A stretch of 64,000 bases of DNA from an uncultured Candidatus Rokubacteria bacterium. GTDB lineage: Bacteria > Methylomirabilota > Methylomirabilia > Rokubacteriales > CSP1-6. The number at the start of each line of letters is the position of its first letter. Position 1 is the first letter of the stretch. This document shows positions 9,831-21,401 of the stretch, one piece after another. Made by a program: the position numbers and the translations under genes. Under the pieces are notes generated by a model. That model was given only the letters and a program-made list of their open reading frames with translations, was not told the DNA's origin and did no database searches. The stretch lies in NCBI GenBank assembly GCA_963747235.1, contig CAVVEU010000008.1:32001-96000 (forward strand), given 5' to 3'.

Positions 9831-10388
9831 ATGGGCGACAACGTGATCCTGGTCGGCTTCATGGGCGCGGGCAAATCGTCCGTGGGGCGGCTCCTCGCCC
9901 GCCGGCTCGGCCGCTGCTTCGTGGAGACCGACGACATGATCACGGCCCAGGAGGGCCGCTCGATCCCGGACATCTTCGCGGAGCGGGGCGAGGCCCACTT
10001 CCGCGCGCTGGAGGAGGAGACGGTGCGGCTGCTCGCGCTCAAGTCGGGCGACGTGATCGCCACCGGCGGGGGCCTGCCCTGCCGCGACGGGCGCCCCGAC
10101 GCGCTGCGGGCCATGGGCACCGTGGTGTGGCTGCGCGGCGAGTTCGACGCGGTGTACGAGCGGGCGCAGCGCGCGGGCGCGCGGCCGATGCTGGCCGGGC
10201 GCGGGCGCGACGAGATCGAGGCGCTCTACCGCGCGCGCGAGCCCTACTACCGCCAGGCCGACCTCACGGTGGACACCACCGGGATCAATCCCGACCAGGT
10301 CGTGGCCAAGCTCCTGCTCCTCCTCCGCGACCGCAGCGCGGCCACCCTCTCCCCTCTGGGGAGAGGGCAGGGTGAGGGGCCGCAGTAA
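9831..10388 (+). CDS. aroK: Shikimate kinase
   Basis: LVGFMGAGKSSVGR, GEAHFRALE, ATGGG, RPML, REPYY. Confidence 0.93.
   Translation: MGDNVILVGFMGAGKSSVGRLLARRLGRCFVETDDMITAQEGRSIPDIFAERGEAHFRALEEETVRLLALKSGDVIATGGGLPCRDGRPDALRAMGTVVWLRGEFDAVYERAQRAGARPMLAGRGRDEIEALYRAREPYYRQADLTVDTTGINPDQVVAKLLLLLRDRSAATLSPLGRGQGEGPQ
10345..10379 (-). repeat. BoxC-like palindromic repeat CCCCTCACCCTGCCCTCTCCCCAGAGGGGAGAGGG inside the aroK 3' end
   Basis: Hairpin CCCTCTCCCC-TCT-GGGGAGAGGG plus GGGTGAGGGG tail; resembles the enterobacterial BoxC consensus as recalled. Confidence 0.65.
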
Positions 10389-10390
10389 CG

Positions 10391-12242
10391 ATGCCCTCGC
10401 CCCTCCTCACCCGCCTCGCCGAGCGCCCGCTCCTCTGCGACGGCGCCATGGGCACGCTGCTCTACGCGCGCGGCGTCGCCCTCGACGCCTGCTTCGACGT
10501 GCTCAACCTCAACGAGCCCAAGCTCGTGCAGTCGGTGCACGCGGAGTACATCGCGGCGGGCTGCGACGCCATCGAGACGAATACCTTCGGGGCCAACCGC
10601 TTCAAGCTGAGCATCCACGGGCTGCAGGCGCGCGTGCGCGAGATCAACCTGCGCGGGGCCAAGCTGGCGCGCGACGTGCGCGAGAGCATGGGCCGCGACG
10701 TGCTGGTGCTGGGCTCGATCGGCCCGCTCGGCAAGTACCTGGCCCCGCTCGGCAGCATCGAGCCGGCGGACGCGCGCGCCGCGTTCCACGAGCAGGCGGA
10801 GGGGCTGCTCGAGGGCGGCATCGACGCCTTCGTGATCGAGACCTTCTCGGATCTCACCGAGATGCGGCTCGCGGTGGAGGCGGTGCGCGCCCTGACCGAC
10901 CTGCCGATCCTCGCCGAGGTGGCGTTCACCGACGAGGGCGTGACCTTCACCGGCCGCACCGCGGCCGAGGTCGTGCGCACGCTACGGGAGCTGCCGATCC
11001 AGGCGGTGGGCGCCAACTGCTCGGTCGGCTCCAGCGTGCTCTACGACATCCTGGAGCAGATGGTGCCGGAGGCGGGCGGCCTCCACGTGGTCATCCAGCC
11101 CAACGCGGGGTTGCCGAGCCGGGTGGGGGAGCGGCTCATGTACCTCTCCTCGCCGACCTACATGGCGGACTACGCGGCGCGGATGATCGCGAGCGGCGCG
11201 CGGCTGGTCGGCGGCTGCTGCGGGACGACGCCCCAGCACATCCGCGCGATGCGGGAGGCGCTCGACCGGCTGGTCGCCCCAGCGCAGCGCCGCGCGCGTC
11301 GAGCCGGCCCGGCGCGCCCGGGTGGAGATCGCCGAGCCCTCCGGCCTCGCCACCAGCGCCCCGCCCACCCTGCTGCAGCGCCGGCTCGACGCGGGCGAGT
11401 TCCTCGTCACGGTCGAGCTGGATCCGCCGCGCGGCCACAACATCGAGAAGCTCGTGCAGGGGGCGAAGCTCCTCAAGGAGCGCGGGGTCGAGATCGTGGA
11501 CATCAACGACGGCTCGCTGGGCCGCGTGCGGATGTCGGTCCTGCCCACCGCGATGCTGGTGCGGGACGCGACCGGGCTCGACATCAACATGCACTTCACC
11601 TGCCGCGACCGGAACCTGATGGGCATCCAGGCGGATCTCCTCGGCGCCCACGCGATGGACATCCGCAACATCCTGGCCATGACCGGCGACCCGCCGCGCA
11701 CCGGCGACTACGTCAACGCCACCGCGGTGTTCGACGTGGACGCGATCGGCCTCATCCGCATCCTCGCCGAGATGAACCGCGGGCTCGACGCCACCGGCAC
11801 CTCCATCGGCGAGCCCACGTCGTTCAGCGTGGGCGTGGCCCTCAACCCGGCCAGCGAGGAGCCGGCGCGCGAGATGGAGCGCTTCCTCGCCAAGGTCGAG
11901 GCGGGCGCGCGCTGGGTGCAGACCCAGCCCATCTACGATCTGGACGTGCTCGACCGGTTCTTCGCCCGGACCCGCGCCCCGATTCCCCTGGTCGTGGGCA
12001 TCATGCCGCTCCACTCGTCGCGCCACGCCGAGTTCCTGCACAACGAGGTGCCGGGCATCACGGTGCCCGACGCGGTGCGGGCGCGCATGAAGGAGGCGGG
12101 CGAGCGCGGGCTCCGCGCGGGCATCGAGATGGCCCAGGGCCTCCTGCGCGACGTGCGCACCCATCACCACGCCGGCGTCTACCTGATGCCGTCCTTCGGC
12201 CGCTTCGAGGTCGTGGCTGAGGTCCTGGACGCGCTGCACTGA
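10391..12242 (+). CDS. yitJ: Bifunctional homocysteine S-methyltransferase / methylenetetrahydrofolate reductase (YitJ-like); frameshift near 11280
   Basis: CDGAMGT, ETNTFGAN, GANC, GGCCGTTP, then VELDPPRG, HFTCRDRN, TGDPP, QTQPIYD, FLHNEVPG. Confidence 0.88.
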
Positions 12243-12245
12243 GCC

Positions 12246-13566
12246 ATGGCGGCCATGTACGAGCTGGGAGCCGCCGAGGCCGCCCGGCGCATCCGCGCCG
12301 GCACGCTGTCGCCGTCCAATCTGCTCGCGACCTGCCTCAAGCGCATCGACGCGATCGAGCCCGCGGTCGGCGCGTGGGTGCGGCTCGACCGCGACGCGGC
12401 CGCGCGGGTGGCGGTGCAGCGCGACATCGAGGCCCGCGAGGGACGCTTCATGGGCGCGCTCCACGGCGTGCCCATCGCGCTGAAGGACATCTTCGACGCG
12501 GCCGGCGTGCCCACCACGTCGGGCGCGCCCGCCTGGGCCACGCGGACCCCGGCGGTGGACGCGCCGTCGGTCGCGGCGCTGCGCGGCGCGGGCGCGGTGC
12601 CGATGGGCAAGCTCGCCACCACGCCCTTCGCCTATCTCGACCCGTCGGTCACGCGCAACCCGTGGAATGCCGAGCACACGCCCGGCGGCTCCTCGAGCGG
12701 TCCCGCCGCCGCGGTGGCCGCGCGCATGGTGCCGCTGGCGCTCGGATCGCAGACGGTGGGCTCGGTGCTGCGGCCGGCCGCGTACTGCGGCGTCGTGGGG
12801 TTCAAGCCCACGTACGGCCGGATCAGCGCGGCGGGCGTGCTCGAGCTGGCGGGCAGCCTCGACCACGTCGGCGTCTTCGCGCGGGCGGTGGAGGACTGCG
12901 CGCTCGCGCTCGCGGTGCTGGCCGCGCGGCGATCCCGCGCCGGACGACTACGTGGGCGCGGTCACCGAGCCGCCCGCGCCCCGCGTCGGCGTGCTCGCGT
13001 CGTTCCTGGCGCGCGCGACGCCCGAGATGGGCAAGCACCTGGAGGCGATCACGCGCGGCCTCGAGACCGCCGGCGCGCGGCTGGAGGACGTGACCTTGCC
13101 CGACGCGTTCGCGTCGATCTACGACGTGGGCGCCACCGTGCTCCGCGCGGAGGCGGCGGCCGCGCACGCCCCGCTCTTCGCCGCGCACGCGGCCGAGTAC
13201 CCGCCGAAGATCAAGGAGCTGATCGAGCTGGGCCACGCGATCTCCGCGCCCGCGTACCTGGCCGCGCAGGCCGCCCGACGGCAGGTGCGCGCGGCGGTGG
13301 GGGCGATCGCCACGCGCTACGACGCGTTCCTCCTGCCGACCATCGGCGCGCCGGCGCCCCGCGGGCTCGGCTCGACGGGCGATCCGTCGTTCTGCTCGCC
13401 GTGGAGCTTCCTGGGGATGCCCGCCATCACGCTGCCGACCGGAGTCGAGGGCGGCCTGCCGCTGGCCGTCCAGCTCGTGGCCGCCCCGTGGAGCGAGGCG
13501 CGGCTGCTGGCGGCGGCGGCCTGGTGCGAGCGCGTGATCGGCTTCACCGCCGGCCCGCCGCTCTGA
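12246..13566 (+). CDS. Amidase signature family protein; frameshift near 12925
   Basis: LHGVPIALKD, TPGGSSSG, LGSQTVGSVLRPAAYCG. Confidence 0.9.
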
Positions 13567-13576
13567 GGCCACGCGC

Positions 13577-16500
13577 ATGAAGATCGGGCGCCTCTTCCCC
13601 GACCTGCTGGCCACCCTGGGCCGCGCCGCGTCCTCCGAGGCGGGCTTCGCGCGCACGCTCAAGCAGCTCGTGGCCCTCTCGGGCGCCCGCGCGGGCGGCC
13701 TGCGCTTCCGCCCCGGCGACGGCGCGCCGATGGACGTGATCGTGGGCGCGCGGCGCGGCTCCGCCCTCGAGCGCTGGATCCAGGCGCGGCTCGAGCAGTC
13801 CGTGCGGGGCGTGAAGGTCGAGAAGCTGGCCGAGCCGCCGCCGGGTCTCCGCTCCCGCGACACCGCGGTGCTGAGCGCGGCGCTCGGCGATGCCGCGCAT
13901 CCCGTCGGCGGGCTCGTGCTGCTCGGGCCGGGCGGCGCGCGCGGGCTCGGCCGCGAGACGATCCCGCCGAGCTTCCCGCGCGAGTTCGGCCACGCCCTCG
14001 AGCACGTGTGGCGCCTGCGGCAGCGCACCATCCGGCTCGAGGTCATCAACGAGGTGATGGCCCTCGCCGCGACGACCCTGCCGCTCGATCGCGTGTACGG
14101 CAAGACCGCGGAGGCGGTCGCCCGGCTGATCCGCTTCGACGCCCTCGGCGTGACGCTGCTCGATCGTGAGCGAGGGGACTTCCGGGTCCTCGACGTGGCC
14201 GCGCACACCGCGCTGCCCGAGGTCTTCGACTTCCGCATGCCGACCGCCGGGACCCTGACCGCGTGGGTCGCGAGCCAGCGGGCGCCGCGGCGCGTGGACG
14301 ACGCCACCACCGATCCGTCCATCCCGGCGGTGAGCCGCGAGCTGCTGTCGCGGCGCGGCTTCCGGTCGGCGATCCTGGCCCCGCTGCTCTCGCAGGGCGA
14401 GGTGATCGGCACCCTGAACGTCACCCACCGCGAGCCCCACGCCTTCACGGACACCGACGTGGAGGTCCTCATGGAGATCGCGCGGCCGCTCGCCTCGGCG
14501 GTGGAGCACGCGCGCCTGCACGCGGAGAGCGCGCGCCGGGCCGAGGAGCTGGCCGCGCTCAATCGCACGAGCCAGCTCATCACCGCGCGGCTCGACCTGC
14601 CCTCGGTGCTGGAGACGATCAGCCGCTCCGTCACCTCGCTCATGGGGAGCACCGGCTGCGGCATCGGGCTCCTGAGCCCCGACGACCGGACCCTGATCGA
14701 GCAGGCGGCGGCGCACGGCTTCCGGACCCCGGAGTGGCAGCATCTGTCGGTGCGGGTGGGGGAGGGGCTCATCGGCCTCGCCGTCTCGTCGGGCCGGGCG
14801 GTGCGCTCCGACGATCTCCGCGAGGACCCGCGCTCCGCGCGGCGGGACCTGGACGAGAAGGAAGGCATCCGCTCGATGCTGAGCGTGCCGCTGCGGGTCG
14901 GCGGCCAGATCATCGGCGTCATCTCCGCCTTCTCCACCGAGCCGCGCGTCTTCGGGGACCGCCAGCAGGCGGTGCTGGAGAGCTTCGCGGACCAGGCCGG
15001 TATCGCGATCCAGAACGCGCGCCTCTTCGAGGAGACGCAGCGGCGCGCCCGGGAGACCCAGGCCCTGCTGCGCGCGGGCCACGCGGTCAACCAGAGCCTC
15101 GACGTGAGCGAGACGGTGCGGCTCATCCTGCACCAGGCCCGCGAGGTGCTGGAGGTGCAGTCGTGCGGCCTGTTCACGCTGGACGCGGCGACCGGCGAGC
15201 TGACCGCCACCGCCAGCCTCGACCTGCCCGCCGAGGATCTGCACGCGATCCGCCTGCGGGTGGGCGAGGGCATCACCGGCGTCGCGGTCAAGGAGCGGCG
15301 GCCGGTGCAGACCGCGGATCTCTACCGCGATCCCCGGGTGCGGTACCCGCAGGCGGGCCTGCGCTCCATGCTGGCGGCGCCGCTGATCGTGGGCGACCAG
15401 ACGATCGGCGCCCTCACCGTGCTCCGGACCGACGTCCACCACTTCAGCGCCGAGGAGGAGTCGCTGGTCTCCGCGTTCGCGGACCAGGCCGCGATGGCGC
15501 TGGAGCACGCGCGCCTGTTCAGCTCGGTCCGCACCTACTCCGAGCGCCTGGAGGCGATGGTGGAGGCGCGCACCCACGAGCTCGACGAGCAGCGGCGCTT
15601 CGTGGAGGTGGTGCTGGAGACGCTACCGCTCGGCCTCTTCGTGCTCGACGCGGAGCTGCGCGTGATCAGCACGAACCGGGAAGGCGCCGCGCTGGTGCCG
15701 GTGGAGGCCGCCGCGCGCCGGCCCTTCGCGGAGCTCATGCCGCCCGCCAAGGTGGCCGCGGTGCACGCGTTTCTGCAGGGTGCGGTGACCGCGCGCGAGG
15801 TGCGCCATACCGAGGAGGAGCTGCCCGCGGGCGGCGAGACCCTCACCGTGCGTCTGACCGCGACCCCGCTCCGCGCCCCGCAGGCCACCCACCTGCTGGT
15901 CCTGGTGGAGGACATCACGCTGCAGAAGCGGCTCGAGCGCCAGATGGTGCTGACCGAGCGGCTCACCACCGCGGGGCGGCTGGCCGCCGGGGTGGCGCAC
16001 GAGCTGAACAACCCGCTCGCCACCATCGCGGGCTGCGCGGAAGCGCTGAAGGAGCGGGCGCACGATCCGCACCTGCGCGACCTGGATGCCTTCAAGGACT
16101 TCCCGAGCTATCTCGGGCTCATCGAGGAGGAGGCGTACCGCTGCAAGGAGATCACCGGGAGCCTGCTCCACTTCGTGCGCGACCCGGGCAGCCGGCGCGC
16201 CCCGGCCGATCTGAACGTGCTGGTGGACAAGGTGCTGGAGCTGATCGGGCACCAGTCCCGCTACGCCCAGAGCCGGCTCGAGCGGCGCCTCGACGCCGAG
16301 CTGCCCGACGTGGTGGTCAACGAGGGCCAGCTCCGCCAGGTGTTCCTCGGGCTCGCGAGCAATGCCCTCGACGCGATGGACGGGCGCGGGACCCTGACCG
16401 TGACCACCCGCCGGCGCAACGCCGAAGGAGGTCGAGATCGCGTTCACCGACGAGGGCCCGGGCATTCCCGAGCACATCCTGCCGCGCGTGTTCGACCCGT

Positions 16501-16648
16501 TCTTCACCACCAAGCCGCCGGGGCAGGGCACCGGGCTCGGCCTGGCCATCGCCCAGGGCATCGTGGCCGACCACGACGGCCGCTTCGAGGTGGACTCCCG
16601 CGTGGGCGCCGGCACCACCTTCCGTGTGATCCTGCCGGTGACGCGCTC

Positions 16649-16652
<4 letters not shown>
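13577..16652 (+). CDS. Cytoplasmic multi-GAF/PAS sensor histidine kinase; frameshift near 16420
   Basis: Three clear GAF repeats (F..QA.IA..NARLF), PAS-like region, HELNNPL, N box, [14 protein letters not shown]. Confidence 0.9.
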
Positions 16653-17996
<1,344 letters not shown>

Positions 17997-18323
17997 GCCC
18001 CGCCGTCACATCTGGCTGTCGAATTCGCAGAAGCCGTCGCGCACGCCACCGGGCCGCCACCAGCCACGATGCCGCTCGCACTGGGCGCGGAGCCCGCTCG
18101 AGGCGCAGCCCGACAGGACCAGCAGGGTCACCAGCGCGACGGCGGCTCGTCTCCGGATGGGATGGGGATACTCCCCCGCGGCGGCAGAGCGGAGGCGTAG
18201 ACTGTGCTTACATGGTGGTTCCGCCGCGGGTGGCCCGCGAAGGGTGCTGAAGCGTCTTCATCTGCTTGAGCCGGGTGGCCCGCAGATCCAGACGCGCTCT
18301 CCCGGAATCCTCCACGCCGAAGC

Positions 18324-19321
18324 ATGAAGCCGATTCCCGCGATCTGGCGCATCGATATCGAGCCCGATGACTTTCAGCCCGGGCCCGGACTCCCACCCTG
18401 GAGCGGCTTCGTCACGATGGCGGATCTCGTGGAACGACTGCGCCGGCCGCTGGCAGACCGCTCCGGCGCGGCCGTGCGGCCCACCTGGTTTCTGCGACTG
18501 GATCCCGACATCGAGCGTTGTTACGGGCGGGCCGATTTTGTGGTCGATCGCTACCGCGCGCGGATCGAGCAGTTGCGCGCACAGGGTGATCCGTTCGGGA
18601 TTCACGTGCACTACTATCGCTGGGACGAACAGCGGCAGGTTTCATACTCCGATCATGCGGACACCGGCTGGACGACGCACTGCCTCGACATGGCCGCGCA
18701 CACGTTCGAGCGATGCTTCGGAGAGCCGCCGCGTCGAGCGAGTCAGGGTGGTTCTTTGTCACCGATGCCGTCGTGGATCGCGCCATCGCCCTCGGGATCG
18801 AGGTGGACGTCACGGCGGAGCCGGGCCTGGACGCGCTGCGCGACGGCGCGACGTTCGGCGCCTACACTACGGCGCCGTCGCCGGATTTTCGGCAGTATCC
18901 CCGCCGCCCCTACTATCCATCGCGCGCGGCCCTTGGCTCACCGGCAACCTCCGCGACCGACGCGCGCCCGATGCTGATGGTGCCGCTCACGTCCTACGAT
19001 TACCACCGCGCCTGGAATCCATGGCACAAGCGGCTCGCCAAGAACGTCCTGGGGTGGCCGCGTCAGCACCTCCCGCTCAACCCATGGAAGGCGTGGCCGA
19101 GTCCCGGCGTATTCTGGGATCTTGTCGCTCGGGCCGCGGACGAGGGGCCGGCGCGCTATGCCGCGTTTGCGATCCGGACTGATGCCTCGGGCTCGGTGAC
19201 ACACCTTCGCGCCCGAGCGCTTCTCGAGCATCTGCCGAACCATCCCATCTCGCGGCGACTGCGTTTCGTCGATCCCTTGTCGCCGGAGATTCGAGCTCTC
19301 GTCGCCCCGTACACCTGGTGA
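18324..19321 (+). CDS. Hypothetical protein, possibly polysaccharide-deacetylase (CE4)-like; frameshift near 18750
   Basis: IDIEPD, PTWF, GIHVH pattern; two ORF-track frames join. Confidence 0.5.
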
Positions 19322-19368
19322 CGCCGCCCGAGGCGGAGTACCCGAAAAAGGAGCCGCGTGTGACGAGA

Positions 19369-19632
19369 CTAGTCCGCCGGCCCGCTCGGCTTATACCCAA
19401 GGACTCGGCGCGTCGCGTCCCACACATAGAAGCATGCGAGGTGGAACTGCACACCGAAGTCCTTCCCGCTCAGCCCCTCCATCACCATCTGGGCCTTTGT
19501 CACTGTTTCGTCACAGCCGTCGCAGATCTCCCCGTTGCCCGGGCCGCCCCACACGCGGGGGATGTAGTGGTGGGGAAGACGCCCATCGGCGAGCTTGTTC
19601 TGAATCATGCGGCGAAGGGTGGGCTTGTCCAT
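19369..19632 (-). CDS. Small putative Zn-binding protein (87 aa)
   Basis: WGGPGNGEICDGC...FHLACF; GGGAGG RBS upstream. Confidence 0.7.
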   Translation of the reverse strand: MDKPTLRRMIQNKLADGRLPHHYIPRVWGGPGNGEICDGCDETVTKAQMVMEGLSGKDFGVQFHLACFYVWDATRRVLGYKPSGPAD

Positions 19633-20090
19633 GCTCGACCTCCCGGCATTGGCCGCTTCGACACGCCAGATTCACCAGAGTCGCGGCGCCAGCGGCGCCA
19701 ACCCGAAGGCCAGGGTGCAGGCAGCGGCCAGTGTGAAGCGGTCGCCCCGTGCGCGCCTAGTGGACCTTGGGCCCATGACTGCCCCAGGCCTCTCAAGGAG
19801 AGTCCGTGCCGATGATCGCTAAGGAGCGGGGATTCGCGGCGTACTCGAGATAACCCGTAGCTCGCAGTCCGGCGCGAATCGCTGTTCCTGGTGAGTCCGC
19901 ACACCTGGCCTGAGGTGGCAGGTTCCCCCGATGGCATGGCCGGCATGGATCCGTTCTGTAAGTGCGCGTCTCCAAAGTACCGCTCCGCGTCAGCCGATCG
20001 GGCACAACGCCCGAATCGGCGACGGTCCCGCTCCTTGGCGACGGCCCGCAAGAGGTTGTTATCGCAGGCATCATTGTTTGGTGAATCCGG

Positions 20091-20106
20091 TGGCACAGAG
20101 GTTGAA
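20091..20106 (+). promoter_or_regulatory. sigma54-like promoter, variant -12 (TGGCAC-N5-TTGAA)
   Basis: Consensus -24, GA instead of GC at -12; about 50 nt upstream of ATG 20155. Confidence 0.5.
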
Positions 20107-20154
20107 TCTATACGACATGGTTCGACTCGTACTGAATGGATAGAGGGGAGACAG

Positions 20155-20562
20155 ATGATTCGGCTACTGACGATCGATGGGGACCGGAACCGGGCGCAGG
20201 CCCTGGCCATGGAGTGTCTCGAGCAGGGGGTGGCGGTGCGCATGGCCGAGACGCTCTGCGAGGGCGTGCGGTATCTGCTCGATGCGCCGGTCTCGCTGGT
20301 GCTGGCGGAAGCGGGCATGCTGCGGATGGCCCGGGGCGACCAGGCGCGCCTGTTCGAGGCGGTGGCGCCCGGCGTGCCGGTGATCCTCACCGTGGACGCG
20401 GGGGCGAAGGTCGAGGACCTGGTCAATCTCGAGCTGCAGGGCTTTCGCGTCATGACCCGGCCCTTCGCGCTGGGTGATCTGCTCGCGAAGATCGAGCTGC
20501 CCGCCAAGGGAGCACCCGCGCGCCGGGATGCCCGCGAGCGGGTCGAGACGGTCTGCCGGTAG
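20155..20562 (+). CDS. Stand-alone atypical receiver-domain protein
   Basis: CheY-like pattern (LLTIDGD, LVLAE, VPVILT, MTRPF); GAGGGGAG RBS. Confidence 0.7.
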   Translation: MIRLLTIDGDRNRAQALAMECLEQGVAVRMAETLCEGVRYLLDAPVSLVLAEAGMLRMARGDQARLFEAVAPGVPVILTVDAGAKVEDLVNLELQGFRVMTRPFALGDLLAKIELPAKGAPARRDARERVETVCR

Positions 20563-20574
20563 GAGCGCGAATCC

Positions 20575-20781
20575 ATGGGAAAGCGATGGATCTTCGCGCT
20601 GACGGTGGCGCTGGCGCTGGGGCTGATCGGGCTGCTCGCCTACACGAGCGAGTCCGTTCACCGCGTGGCGCAGCCGCCGCAGAGCAGCACCGAGGTGGCG
20701 CGGCCGGGCATCGTGCCGGTTCCCGCCGAGCGTGAGGTCGGGCCCACGGTCAACGGCACCGGGTTGATGCTCACCTACTAG
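20575..20781 (+). CDS. Small membrane-anchored hypothetical protein
   Basis: AGGAG RBS, single N-terminal TM helix. Confidence 0.55.
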   Translation: MGKRWIFALTVALALGLIGLLAYTSESVHRVAQPPQSSTEVARPGIVPVPAEREVGPTVNGTGLMLTY

Positions 20782-20935
20782 GGTCCGCGGCCAGGTCTCC
20801 GCCGTGGCGGAGGCCCCGCTCCTGGTGTACAGTATTGCCCGATGCGCCGCCGCCGGCGGCGCCCTCGCCTCCGATATTGGCTCTTCCGAGTATTGGGGCG
20901 CGTACGAAGCGGAAGAGTGACCGAAGGAGAACCAC

Positions 20936-21325
20936 ATGGCTGCGAAACTGTACGTGGGTGGTCTGTCCTATTCCACGACCAGTGAGACCCTTCGCGAGTA
21001 TTTTGCCCAGTGCGGGACGGTGGAGTCGGCGTCCGTGATCACGGACAAGTTCTCCGGCCAGTCGCGGGGCTTTGGCTTTGTCGAGATGGCGACCTCCGAG
21101 GAGGCACAGCGGGCCATCTCCGAGCTGAACGGCAAGGACCTGGACGGCCGCAAGATCACGGTGAACGTGTCGAACCCGCGGACGCCCGGCTCGGGCGGTG
21201 GCGGGCGCGGACCGGGCGGACCCCGTGGCGGCGGTCGGCCGGGCGGTGGTGGTGGCGGGCGTGGGGGCGGCGGCGATCGCGGCGCCTACGGCGTGCCCCC
21301 CTCCAAGAAGCCCTTCCGCTGGTAG
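20936..21325 (+). CDS. RRM RNA-binding protein with Gly/Arg-rich tail
   Basis: RNP2 KLYVGGL, RNP1 RGFGFVEM; AAGGAG RBS. Confidence 0.93.
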   Translation: MAAKLYVGGLSYSTTSETLREYFAQCGTVESASVITDKFSGQSRGFGFVEMATSEEAQRAISELNGKDLDGRKITVNVSNPRTPGSGGGGRGPGGPRGGGRPGGGGGGRGGGGDRGAYGVPPSKKPFRW

Positions 21326-21351
21326 CTCGCTCGAACGCGAGCGGAGACGAC

Positions 21352-21388
21352 AAGGGCGCGGGATCACTCACCGCGCCCTTTGTTTTTG
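21352..21388 (+). terminator. Intrinsic terminator
   Basis: AAGGGCGCGG/CCGCGCCCTT stem followed by TGTTTTTG. Confidence 0.85.
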
Positions 21389-21401
21389 CCCGCGCGCGCG
21401 C

